Origin: Thermodesulfovibrionales bacterium
GTDB lineage: Bacteria; Nitrospirota; Thermodesulfovibrionia; Thermodesulfovibrionales; SM23-35
DNA length: 61,870 bases
NCBI GenBank assembly: GCA_041660325.1
Contig: JBAZWR010000003.1
Coordinates: forward strand, 1-61,870
Direction of reading: 5' to 3'
Part shown: piece by piece, positions 35,648 through 44,461 of the stretch
Layout of the letters: each line of letters begins with the position of its first letter
Numbering within the stretch: position 1 is the stretch's first letter
The notes under the pieces: model-generated
The model's database searches: none
The model's input: the letters and a program-made list of their open reading frames with translations, nothing else
What the model was told of the DNA's origin: nothing
Made by a program: the position numbers and the translations under genes

Positions 35648-36827
35648 TCACTCTCTCCCCTAAATATTTGTTCAAATCAATCACTTCATGCCATACCTTC
35701 TCCACCTCTATCCCTCTCATGCATTGGTTGTAGAAAGGGTTAGTACACTCAGCCTTCTTTCCTTCCAAAACGTTACAGCAGGGGCTACAGTAAAGATCCA
35801 TATAGATAGTGCGGGCGTATTCTCTCCGTGGGCCATAAAGTACCGGGGTCTCCGGACCGAACAACACAACGCATGGGACTCCAAAGAACTGGGATAGATG
35901 CAGCGGACCGCTATCTATTGTGATTAAAAATCTAGATATTCCGAGCAAGGCAAGAAATTCTCCAAGACTAAAGTCCCCTGCCGTATTAAAAACGGATTTG
36001 CTTACATGAGAAGGTAGCAGATTTATTATCTTCTCGATATCGGCACGGTCTTTTTTGACCCCCGTCAATATAACGGGCAGCTTAAGAGATTCAACGATCT
36101 TGGTTATCAGGTGCGTACATTTTTCCGGCGGCCATTGCTTCAGGCTGCCGAGGTGGTCAGAACCGTGTGTATTCACAATCACGTACTCATTTTTCCTTAA
36201 TTCCCTATGTTTCATCCATTCAGATACCCGGCGGATATATGTATCATTGATATTCGGTCTGTAGAGCGTATACTCTTTCCCGGCTCCGATTTTCTGTCCG
36301 AGTGCGCAGAACGCTTCCGTTATATAGCGATGGGGATTAAATGCCACCCTGTGTGTCAGAAGCCTGCCTCGATTAAGCAAAGAAGTGTGGAAACCTACCC
36401 TGAATCTTGAACCGGACAGCCATGCCATCAAAGACGAATAATAGGAAAAAAATTCCATATCAACAAACAGGTCAATTCCGGACTTATTCCTGAAGCGAGA
36501 GATTGTTTTAAGGGTATCAACAATAAAGTCAAACATCGTATCATTCCTTATTGTTATTACCTCATCAATAAAAGGAAAAAGCTTCAAGAGTTCGGCATTC
36601 TGTTGAAATGTCACAAAAAGGATTGTCGCTTTAGGAAATCTTTCTCTCAGAGATTGCAAAAGAGGCGTTGAAAGAGCTATACTGCCGATGCCGAAATATT
36701 TGGACACCACTATACTATGGACATCTTCTCCGGGAAGCATGTCCCGACTCTTGACAAACAATGAGAAAAGATAAGTAATAGGTCTGCCTAATCGGCGGTC
36801 GATCTTTCTCATCAGTTCGATTTTCAC
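35583..36827 (-). CDS. Glycosyltransferase family 9 (heptosyltransferase-like)
   Basis: LITIDSGPLHLSQFFGVPCVVLFGPETP is the GT9 signature. Its 3' end overlaps the next gene by 65 nt. Confidence 0.8.
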   Translation of the reverse strand: MKIELMRKIDRRLGRPITYLFSLFVKSRDMLPGEDVHSIVVSKYFGIGSIALSTPLLQSLRERFPKATILFVTFQQNAELLKLFPFIDEVITIRNDTMFDFIVDTLKTISRFRNKSGIDLFVDMEFFSYYSSLMAWLSGSRFRVGFHTSLLNRGRLLTHRVAFNPHRYITEAFCALGQKIGAGKEYTLYRPNINDTYIRRVSEWMKHRELRKNEYVIVNTHGSDHLGSLKQWPPEKCTHLITKIVESLKLPVILTGVKKDRADIEKIINLLPSHVSKSVFNTAGDFSLGEFLALLGISRFLITIDSGPLHLSQFFGVPCVVLFGPETPVLYGPRREYARTIYMDLYCSPCCNVLEGKKAECTNPFYNQCMRGIEVEKVWHEVIDLNKYLGERVNEFKPLSGLREERRISENIRD

Positions 36828-37963
36828 AGCGTTTGCCGTCCTCTCACTACATTTGGAGTTGATTGTTGTTTAACCCAACTCCACGCCCCGCAAGGTTGAA
36901 AAATATCAAGATCTATAGTCTTTACATAATATCTGCCCTCCCCCAGGCAATCCCATAAGTCCTCCGGCATCTTAAAAATATCCCCTTCAAAAAAAGAGCC
37001 CGCAGACGGTATCAAGGAATCTACAGGAGACAATAACAACAGTTTTTTCGAACCGCTTTCAAAAGTGAGAACGGGCGGCGAAGCAAATACGCCTTTATCG
37101 TCATATATTCCGGATGCGTTGCAGCCGATAGACTTATGTAACCTTAGAGCCCGGCGGAGTAAAAAATAACGACCTTTAAAATGTTTTCTCAAATATTTAT
37201 CCGATGAAAAATTATACTTTTCTTTAGAAGCCTCGATATCCTGCTTTGCGCTCTGATTATAATAGTGAATAATATTGGCCTGAGGCGCCATATAAAGGTG
37301 ATATCCTTTCTTTCCAAGCCTCAGACACCAATCGGTATCCTCAAAATAGAGGGGGAAAATCTCATCAAAACCGCCGACAACATCTAAAATCTTTTTTGTC
37401 GTCATTATACATGCGCCGGGAAGCATCTCCTGCCTCAGGGGTTTTTCCGACAGCCAGTACGTCAGGGTCTTCTTTATCCATCTCCTCAGAATTATTTCGT
37501 TCATGGTCTGAGAGACCCTCATAAGCTCCGATTTAAAAATCCTGCAGGGGGTAATGAGTTCGCTGAAGGGAAGCAGAAAAGTCATCTTCTTATTCCACCA
37601 TGTTTTCGGTCCGACCGCGCCGCATTTAGGAAGTGTGAACAGCGCATTTAACATATTCCTTATGCTGCCGGCCTTATAAAATACATCAGGATTTGTTATC
37701 AATACGTAATCACCCCTTGCATTTCTGATCCCTGTATTGACGGCCCTTGCATAGCCTATATTTTCACTGTTCAAGATTATCCCGACATTGTCACTCTTAA
37801 GATTCAGCAGATTATCGACGTCTTCCTCTTTTGAACCGCTATCAATTACAATAATTTCATAGGACTCATCTCCAATGGCAGAGACAATTGAGGACAAACA
37901 TTCTTTCAAAAGGGCCGAGCTGTTATAATTGACGGTTATAATGGACAGCATCACCTTTTCCAT
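36824..37963 (-). CDS. Glycosyltransferase family 2
   Basis: It has LSIITVNYNS...YEIIVIDSGS and a later DxD-like motif (YFEDTDW). Confidence 0.85.
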   Translation of the reverse strand: MEKVMLSIITVNYNSSALLKECLSSIVSAIGDESYEIIVIDSGSKEEDVDNLLNLKSDNVGIILNSENIGYARAVNTGIRNARGDYVLITNPDVFYKAGSIRNMLNALFTLPKCGAVGPKTWWNKKMTFLLPFSELITPCRIFKSELMRVSQTMNEIILRRWIKKTLTYWLSEKPLRQEMLPGACIMTTKKILDVVGGFDEIFPLYFEDTDWCLRLGKKGYHLYMAPQANIIHYYNQSAKQDIEASKEKYNFSSDKYLRKHFKGRYFLLRRALRLHKSIGCNASGIYDDKGVFASPPVLTFESGSKKLLLLSPVDSLIPSAGSFFEGDIFKMPEDLWDCLGEGRYYVKTIDLDIFQPCGAWSWVKQQSTPNVVRGRQTL

Positions 37964-39132
37964 TCATGATGCAGGTAGCATACTCCCCACTCCTTTTCCT
38001 TTGTATCGACTTTAAAAATAATCGATTCCTTTCTGTCATAAATACATATCCCGGTTTCGTCTATCAGAAAGATAACGATCTTATATGCGCCGCCCAAAAT
38101 CGGAAGGTTTTTAAAAGAGAGCGTCAGTCTCTCCCTGCCCGGTCCGTGAAAAGGTGCAAGACCTTGCTTATGCATGCTGTCGGCGTAATAACAAAGGCCG
38201 TCATTCCTGTCTACTGCAAAGCCCACATAGACATCGGTATCTTCGAAGACTTCAAAATCCAGTATGACCTCAATATTAGACAAATACCGTATCGAAGTCT
38301 CTACCGGTTGCCCATCCGCAAAAAGCCTGATATCCTTCACCTCTGCCACTTTTCTCATGACGCTATTACTTAAAGGAGGCATTTCCGTACTTTCAACACG
38401 CTCCTTTTCCCTTAAGTAATCCTCATATATCGAGATGACCTCTTTTGTATCACCGAAGGCCTGCACCCTGCCTTCCTTAAGCCACATGGCCCTGTCACAG
38501 AAATTGGCCACTGTATAAAGAGAGTGAGAACAGTAAAGCAACGTAATCCCGTTTCTCCTTAAATCCCAAATTTTATCAATACACTTCTTTTCATAGGCGC
38601 CGTCACCGACTGCAAGGACTTCGTCTATCAGTACTATCTCTGCATCAACATGAACTGCAAGGGAAAATGCCAGTCTAAGATACATACCGGTTGAGTATGT
38701 TTTCACCGGCATATCAAAAAACTCGCCGATGTCCGTGAATTTCTCTATCATGCCTATTCTCTTATTAATATGCTTCGGTGAAAGGCCCAGCAGTGCAGCA
38801 TTAAGAAGCACATTTTCTCTTCCGGTAAATTCCGGGTTGAATCCTGTGCCGAGTTCAAGTATGGAGGAGACCTTTCCGCTCACTGTAATTCTCCCTTCGG
38901 ATGGCTCTATTACGCCTGCAGCAAGCTTAAGAAATGTACTCTTGCCCGCCCCGTTCTCTCCCAGTATGCCTAAGGCTTCACCTCTGCGCACAGCGATGTC
39001 TATCGGGCCGAGGGCCCTGAAAACCTTGTGTCTTGCTCTCTTAAGAAATAATTCCTTCAGTCTTTCCAAAGGGTGGTCATATATATGATATTCTTTTGTG
39101 AGTCCGGCTGTTTCAACCGCAAAATCTTTCAT
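37951..39132 (-). CDS. wzt: ABC transporter ATP-binding protein, Wzt/TagH-like, with a C-terminal glycan-binding-type domain
   Basis: It has Walker A (GENGAGKST), the signature motif YSTGM, and Walker B (VLIDEV). An extra C-terminal beta-rich domain of about 150 aa follows. Confidence 0.85.
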   Translation of the reverse strand: MKDFAVETAGLTKEYHIYDHPLERLKELFLKRARHKVFRALGPIDIAVRRGEALGILGENGAGKSTFLKLAAGVIEPSEGRITVSGKVSSILELGTGFNPEFTGRENVLLNAALLGLSPKHINKRIGMIEKFTDIGEFFDMPVKTYSTGMYLRLAFSLAVHVDAEIVLIDEVLAVGDGAYEKKCIDKIWDLRRNGITLLYCSHSLYTVANFCDRAMWLKEGRVQAFGDTKEVISIYEDYLREKERVESTEMPPLSNSVMRKVAEVKDIRLFADGQPVETSIRYLSNIEVILDFEVFEDTDVYVGFAVDRNDGLCYYADSMHKQGLAPFHGPGRERLTLSFKNLPILGGAYKIVIFLIDETGICIYDRKESIIFKVDTKEKEWGVCYLHHEWKR

Positions 39133-39926
39133 TATAAAATATCCTTGAACGCCTCTTTTGTCTTATTAAAGACGTAATATCCTGCAACGAAAATTACCAG
39201 CGCAAAAACAGACGGATAGATGAGAGAAAATGCATCGGGCGCCTCGCCCCGCACCAGCACATTTCGATACATCTCAACAATAGAATAGAAAGGATTGAAA
39301 CTGAAAAACCACCGGAACCTCTCCGGAATAGCGCTTGATGGGTAGACAATAGGCGTAACGAAAAATATCAGGTTTAAGATCATGCCGGTTGCCTGAGTTA
39401 TGTCCCTGAAAAAAACCGCGATACTTCCCATACCGAAAGAGAGCCCTAATATCATCAGCACCTGAATTACAAATGGGACTATGAAGAGCGGAAACGTGTG
39501 GAATTTCAGCAGGCCCATAAAGATGAGCATTGCCAGATAGAAGATCATGTATATACAAAAGGTAACAGCTGAAGAAACAATAACTGACGCGACACAGACC
39601 TCCATCGGAAACTTCACTTTCTTAATAATATGGGCATTCTCAATGAACGTTGAAATCCCCCTTGATGTCGCCTCCGCAAAAAAGAGCCAAGGGATAAGTC
39701 CTGCAAGCAGATAGACCACGAAGGAAGATGTTCCGGAATTGTCTTCGAAGCGGACCTTAAGAATCGTCGAAAAGAGGAAAGTATAAAGAAGTATCTGATA
39801 AAGAGGCGTTGCTGCTAACCAGAATGGACCGAGCAGAGAGGCAGCATACTTTGCCTTTATGTCCTTTACGACCATATTTTCAAGGATATATCTGCCCCGG
39901 TAAATATTCACGAACAACTCTTTCAT
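39132..39926 (-). CDS. wzm: ABC-2 type polysaccharide export permease, Wzm-like
   Basis: VVKDIKAKYAASLLGPFWL is the ABC-2 N-terminal motif, and there are six transmembrane segments. I chose the ATG at 39926; the ORF track gives a TTG at 39989. Confidence 0.85.
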   Translation of the reverse strand: MKELFVNIYRGRYILENMVVKDIKAKYAASLLGPFWLAATPLYQILLYTFLFSTILKVRFEDNSGTSSFVVYLLAGLIPWLFFAEATSRGISTFIENAHIIKKVKFPMEVCVASVIVSSAVTFCIYMIFYLAMLIFMGLLKFHTFPLFIVPFVIQVLMILGLSFGMGSIAVFFRDITQATGMILNLIFFVTPIVYPSSAIPERFRWFFSFNPFYSIVEMYRNVLVRGEAPDAFSLIYPSVFALVIFVAGYYVFNKTKEAFKDIL

Positions 39927-40199
39927 AATCTTATTATTATACCTTAAATTAGCAATGTGTTCTTTGTCGATGCTCTGCCGATATTTCAAGCCGCGACAGT
40001 CCTATGTTTCACGTTCACATAGCTTCTCGCGGCATTACCGCCTGTTTTTGCCGACGATAAAATACCGGCTGCCTGCAATTCACGGGCTAATTTGAGCGGA
40101 CCCGTTCCGGACTTGATTACAACTTTGTTCAGTTGCTCGTATTTTGCCAACAGGACGAAAGCATTTTCTTTACCCCGGCAATATGATATTATAGAATAA

Positions 40200-41318
40200 A
40201 TGAGATTTCGTGAGCTGTTGTCTACCGTCGCATCCGCAGTGAAGTTGCATTCATTTGATTCTATTGCCACAACTGAGCGGAATCTCTCAATCTATCGCAG
40301 TTTAAGAAAACAGAATTCAGTCCAATGTCTTAATCTTCCGCTTACTCTCTTGGTCGAGCTGACAAGTAAATGCAATCTCTCCTGCAGGATGTGTAATATC
40401 CACCATGCCGCAAAATCCGGAATGACTATAGATGATGCATTGCTGGAGAGGACGTATGAATTCGCAAAAACTGCATCCACAGTGTATCCGTTCGGTCTTG
40501 GAGAACCATTGCTTCATCCAAATATTGCTGAAATCGTCGGAAAGTATAAATCATCCGGTCCGTCGGTGGGGATGGTCACAAATGGTATGCTTCTCACAAA
40601 AGATATTTCCCGGGCATTGATCTTAAAGGGATTGGACCATCTGGTAATCTCGGTCGATGCAGCTGATGCCTCTCTGTTTGCAGAAATTCGCAAAGGAGGA
40701 GATTTACCAAGAATATTGGATAATATCAGGACAATGAACGGGCTGAAAAAATCCTTCAATGTGCGGAATCCTTTTTTGGCTTTCAATGTAGTTGCTCAGG
40801 CCGGAAATTTTCATCAGCTGCCTCAAATAGTGGAACTGGCTGAGGAATTAAGTATCCTTTCGGTAACAATCACACCGATCACCGTTCACTCGCATATCGC
40901 GGGAATTCAGGACCAGGCCTTGAACGGCAACATACCCCGATGGAGAGAGCTACTGGACACATGTGAGAGAAAGGCTTCCGCGGCTGGAATTAGCATTACC
41001 CTGGACCGTCTGTACCATGTGATGAATGGGGTCTCCCCCGAAGACCTTTATCATAAAACAATCCCATGTCCGGAGCCCTTCCGCTTTATGGGTATCCGAA
41101 CTAACGGAGACGTTTTCCCATGCTGTAACTGGGATGTGGACCGACCTATTGCCGGGCTTTCCCGGACGGAAGATCCCAAAGTTGACCTGAAAAAATCATG
41201 GACAGATCCGAGTTGGCAAATGCTGAGGCAGAATGTCATTTCAGGAAAGTATCCCGATCAATGTAAAGCTTGTATGAGCAATTTCACCAGGCCGTTCAAT
41301 GACGAGTATCTGACATAA
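40200..41318 (+). CDS. Radical SAM protein with a SPASM-type C-terminal Cys cluster
   Basis: It has the CxxxCxxC motif (SKCNLSCRMC). The C-terminal cysteines CPEPF...GDVFPCCNWD...CKAC are SPASM-like. Confidence 0.8.
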   Translation: MRFRELLSTVASAVKLHSFDSIATTERNLSIYRSLRKQNSVQCLNLPLTLLVELTSKCNLSCRMCNIHHAAKSGMTIDDALLERTYEFAKTASTVYPFGLGEPLLHPNIAEIVGKYKSSGPSVGMVTNGMLLTKDISRALILKGLDHLVISVDAADASLFAEIRKGGDLPRILDNIRTMNGLKKSFNVRNPFLAFNVVAQAGNFHQLPQIVELAEELSILSVTITPITVHSHIAGIQDQALNGNIPRWRELLDTCERKASAAGISITLDRLYHVMNGVSPEDLYHKTIPCPEPFRFMGIRTNGDVFPCCNWDVDRPIAGLSRTEDPKVDLKKSWTDPSWQMLRQNVISGKYPDQCKACMSNFTRPFNDEYLT

Positions 41319-41342
41319 AACAAGGACGGCACCATTTGGAGT

Positions 41343-42434
41343 ATGTCAAAAAATTTGAAAATAACATATCTTTTTGAAAGTACCGACTTATGGGGCGGCA
41401 CCAAAGTAGGGCTTGAACAGGCCGAGGCCCTTTCAGATGCGGGGTACAATATTACCATTCTCTCGAAGGATGCCGGGCCGACATGGTATGACCTTAGACT
41501 ACCGGTCATAAAGGTATCCGGATTTGATGTCGATACAATCCCGGAATCCGACATAATAGTAGGCACCTACTGGCCGACAGTCAGGGCTGCCTATGAATCG
41601 CACAGGGGGATAGCGGTTCATCTGTGTCAGGGTTATGAGGGGGGTTGTAAGGAGTACAACTCTTTCAAGGCGGCTATAGACGAAGTATACTCATATAGAA
41701 TTCCCAAGCTTACCATATCGCTCAATCTGGATAAATTCCTTATTGACCGTTTTAATGCGGAAACCTATTATATAGGCCAGATGTTGAATAGAGATATTTT
41801 TTATCCTTCTACTAACTCAGTCTGCAAGAAACTGTTTAAGCCTTTTAAAATACCCGGTTTTGATACTTTCAAGGTACTTGTTGTCGGACCTTTTGAGGCA
41901 GATGTAAAAAACATAGCCGTCTCTCTTAAGGGAATTTCGCTCGCCAAGAAAAGTCTTGGCCATCCTTTAAAACTAATAAGGGTTTCACAATTCCCCCTTT
42001 CCGCCGGGGAAAAGGAGATAATGAAGCCCGATACTTACCACTTTCATGTTCCCCATCAGGATATGGGGAAAATATACAGAAAAGCGGACGTCCTCATTTC
42101 GATGTCGAATGAGGCCGAAGGATTCGGACTGCCGCCACTTGAGGCCATGGCCTCCGGGATACCCACAATACTGAGTAAAATTTCTTCACACCTCGTATAT
42201 GACGACCCTCAGGATTATGCAGTCTTTTCAGAATTCGACCCCGAGGCGCTTTCTGAAGTTATACTCTCGGTATTCAGGAACAGTGAACTCAGAGATAGAA
42301 TCTCGAAGAGAGGACTTCTGGTTGCAGATAAATATACCAGAGAGTCTGTGGTATCAAGACTTGACCGGGCCTTTAACGACATTGTCTCCCGGTCACAACT
42401 TAAAGGCGGCTACGATAAGGTCGGCCGGAGATGA
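41343..42434 (+). CDS. Glycosyltransferase family 4 (GT-B)
   Basis: EGFGLPPLEAMASGIPTILS is the GT4 E-x7-E region. Confidence 0.8.
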   Translation: MSKNLKITYLFESTDLWGGTKVGLEQAEALSDAGYNITILSKDAGPTWYDLRLPVIKVSGFDVDTIPESDIIVGTYWPTVRAAYESHRGIAVHLCQGYEGGCKEYNSFKAAIDEVYSYRIPKLTISLNLDKFLIDRFNAETYYIGQMLNRDIFYPSTNSVCKKLFKPFKIPGFDTFKVLVVGPFEADVKNIAVSLKGISLAKKSLGHPLKLIRVSQFPLSAGEKEIMKPDTYHFHVPHQDMGKIYRKADVLISMSNEAEGFGLPPLEAMASGIPTILSKISSHLVYDDPQDYAVFSEFDPEALSEVILSVFRNSELRDRISKRGLLVADKYTRESVVSRLDRAFNDIVSRSQLKGGYDKVGRR

Positions 42435-44080
42435 AAAAAATTCATCTTCAACCGCTTATCGGAATTATTTTACTTCTCGTTATAGGCTCTGCTTTTGTAT
42501 TTTTATACTCACCGTTGATCGGCAACTGGTTCATGTCCGACGATACCTACCTGATGTGGGCATCCGCCTCACTGAAACTTCACGAAATGTTCTTCAGCCC
42601 TGAAAGACACAGGGTATTGTCAAGTAATTTTAATCCCATGTATGGAGTGTCATTCAAAATTGATTGGTTGCTGTTTAATATGAATCCCGTGGGATATGCC
42701 GTCCACAATATACTTTCCTTGTCGGCTGTTTCAATAGTTTTGTATTTCTTTATCAGGCTCTATACGGCAAGACTTTCAGCGCTTGTCGGGGTCTCACTCT
42801 TTCTGCTCCATCCTGTTACTCTCCACATGACCGGTTTATTTTTCAGAAAACACTATATCGAAGGATTATTTTGGGCATTGCTTGATCTGTATTTTTTTGT
42901 CAGGGCCGATCGCATGGGGAGAGCTTCGGTGTTATCGGCGTTTTTTTACCTCATTGCATCGCTGTACAGAGAAGTGTATGTGGTACTTCCTGCGGTAGCA
43001 TTTTTAATTTCAAAGCAAAGCATGATAGTAAAACGTCTTCGAAATACTTTGCCCCTCTGGGCAGGGCTTCTCATTTATACTGTCTGGAGGTTGTGGATAC
43101 GAGAGGGCATGGGCGGTTATCCGAGTAACCAGTCCCTATTCTCATTCGAAACCCTGCAATTTATTCCAAAAGTCATCGCTTCTCTTTCACTACAGTGGTC
43201 ATCCGCTTACCCGGTTTTGGTATATATACTGATGACCGTACTTATCATATCTTCATTAAAATACCCCCGGTTATTATTCTGTTTTTTAATTTTGTTGATA
43301 CCCATTCTTCCCGTGTCGAATATCATAACCGGTGGTCTCTCTGCTTCAAAATACTTCTTTCATCTTACAGTGTTTCTCATCATTTGCATATCTCTGCTCA
43401 TCGATAAACCCCCTATAAAACAGACCGTGCTTTTCAGATTTATTCTCCTTTCCTTATGCCTCTTTTTCTCAGCGGGCTTTATTGCGCGGGACATTCACAT
43501 GGTCGATGACATGCTGGACGAAAGCCGAAAAGCAAAGAGTACGGCGATGGAGTTTATGTATTCAGGAGCCCCGTATATCAGAGCCCAGCAGCCTTCCTGG
43601 TTCTATGAGGGTCTCAGGAATATCAACAGGGATTTTTTGGGGAAGCATATTCAAACACAGCTGGTCCCGCCTGACGATTTCCTTCCATATGCCGACCCCC
43701 TGAAACTCCGGGAGATAACGAACTCCGGGATAAATATACCGTACCAGGAAATACTCGAAATACGGAAGAAATTCAGAAAAGGTCCTATCAATATAAAACT
43801 GCATGTCGATAATTACAAGCTGTCGTGGGATTTCGGACCTCATAGGGATAAAACGTATACCTTGCTCCGAAGTCTCGTGAGCGGACTCTATTATAATAAA
43901 TCCGACCTGATATCATCCGGGACATATATGTTGGGGAAAGGCGATACGCATGATACTCCGGAGGCAGTCTTTATTAGGGTTCTTTACCATACCGGCACCG
44001 GAGAGATAGTCATTTCTCCCGAGTTCAAACTCATGATCCCAAGCAATAAAACAATTGACTATGTTCAAGCAGCAGAATGA
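42431..44080 (+). CDS. Polytopic membrane protein, GT-C-like with a first-loop DD motif
   Basis: 549 aa, with its start in an ATGA overlap with the upstream GT4 gene. After the first transmembrane segment comes GNWFMSDDTYL, parallel to the FQFDD motif in the TMTC-like protein. It has about 11 transmembrane segments and a C-terminal soluble domain of about 180 aa. Confidence 0.5.
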   Translation: MKKIHLQPLIGIILLLVIGSAFVFLYSPLIGNWFMSDDTYLMWASASLKLHEMFFSPERHRVLSSNFNPMYGVSFKIDWLLFNMNPVGYAVHNILSLSAVSIVLYFFIRLYTARLSALVGVSLFLLHPVTLHMTGLFFRKHYIEGLFWALLDLYFFVRADRMGRASVLSAFFYLIASLYREVYVVLPAVAFLISKQSMIVKRLRNTLPLWAGLLIYTVWRLWIREGMGGYPSNQSLFSFETLQFIPKVIASLSLQWSSAYPVLVYILMTVLIISSLKYPRLLFCFLILLIPILPVSNIITGGLSASKYFFHLTVFLIICISLLIDKPPIKQTVLFRFILLSLCLFFSAGFIARDIHMVDDMLDESRKAKSTAMEFMYSGAPYIRAQQPSWFYEGLRNINRDFLGKHIQTQLVPPDDFLPYADPLKLREITNSGINIPYQEILEIRKKFRKGPINIKLHVDNYKLSWDFGPHRDKTYTLLRSLVSGLYYNKSDLISSGTYMLGKGDTHDTPEAVFIRVLYHTGTGEIVISPEFKLMIPSNKTIDYVQAAE

Positions 44081-44461
44081 CCCTGTAAAAAGGTCATGAC
44101 CTCTTAAAGCCGGCCGGGATCCCGTCATATTTTTTAACAGTCTGCCGGATCATGCCTCTGCAACAATCACGATCTCTGATGCATTCAGGTTATCCTCACT
44201 CGATGATGATTATGCAGTTATTGTCGCAGAGAAGAAGTGAGACTATGTTATCAAATTCAGTGTCACATTTTTTTCTTAAGACCTGCTATATAAATTCACT
44301 TGACATTACCTTATACCTCTGATAACCTTTTTTAAAAAGGAGGTGGGAGATAAAATATATGTTATTTAGGGTAAGGCATTCCTGTGCAAAATATCACATT
44401 CAGACGCACTGAATACCTGTAAAAACATGCAACTATGCTTGTGAGAAAGAAGAGGGATTGT

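Noticed and set aside
39986-40270. A 94-aa minus-strand ORF between wzm and the radical SAM gene, with a vaguely HTH-like stretch (PLKLARELQAAGILSS).
   Set aside because: Its apparent coupling to wzm depends on a doubtful TTG start for wzm. Its 5' end overlaps the radical SAM ORF on the other strand. There is only one Met and no clear Shine-Dalgarno sequence, so I cannot support it.
44359-44412. A 17-codon upstream ORF (MLFRVRHSCAKYHIQTH) after an AGGAGG in the leader of paralog A.
   Set aside because: The Shine-Dalgarno sequence is 16 nt from the ATG, which is too far. There is no evidence of conservation.
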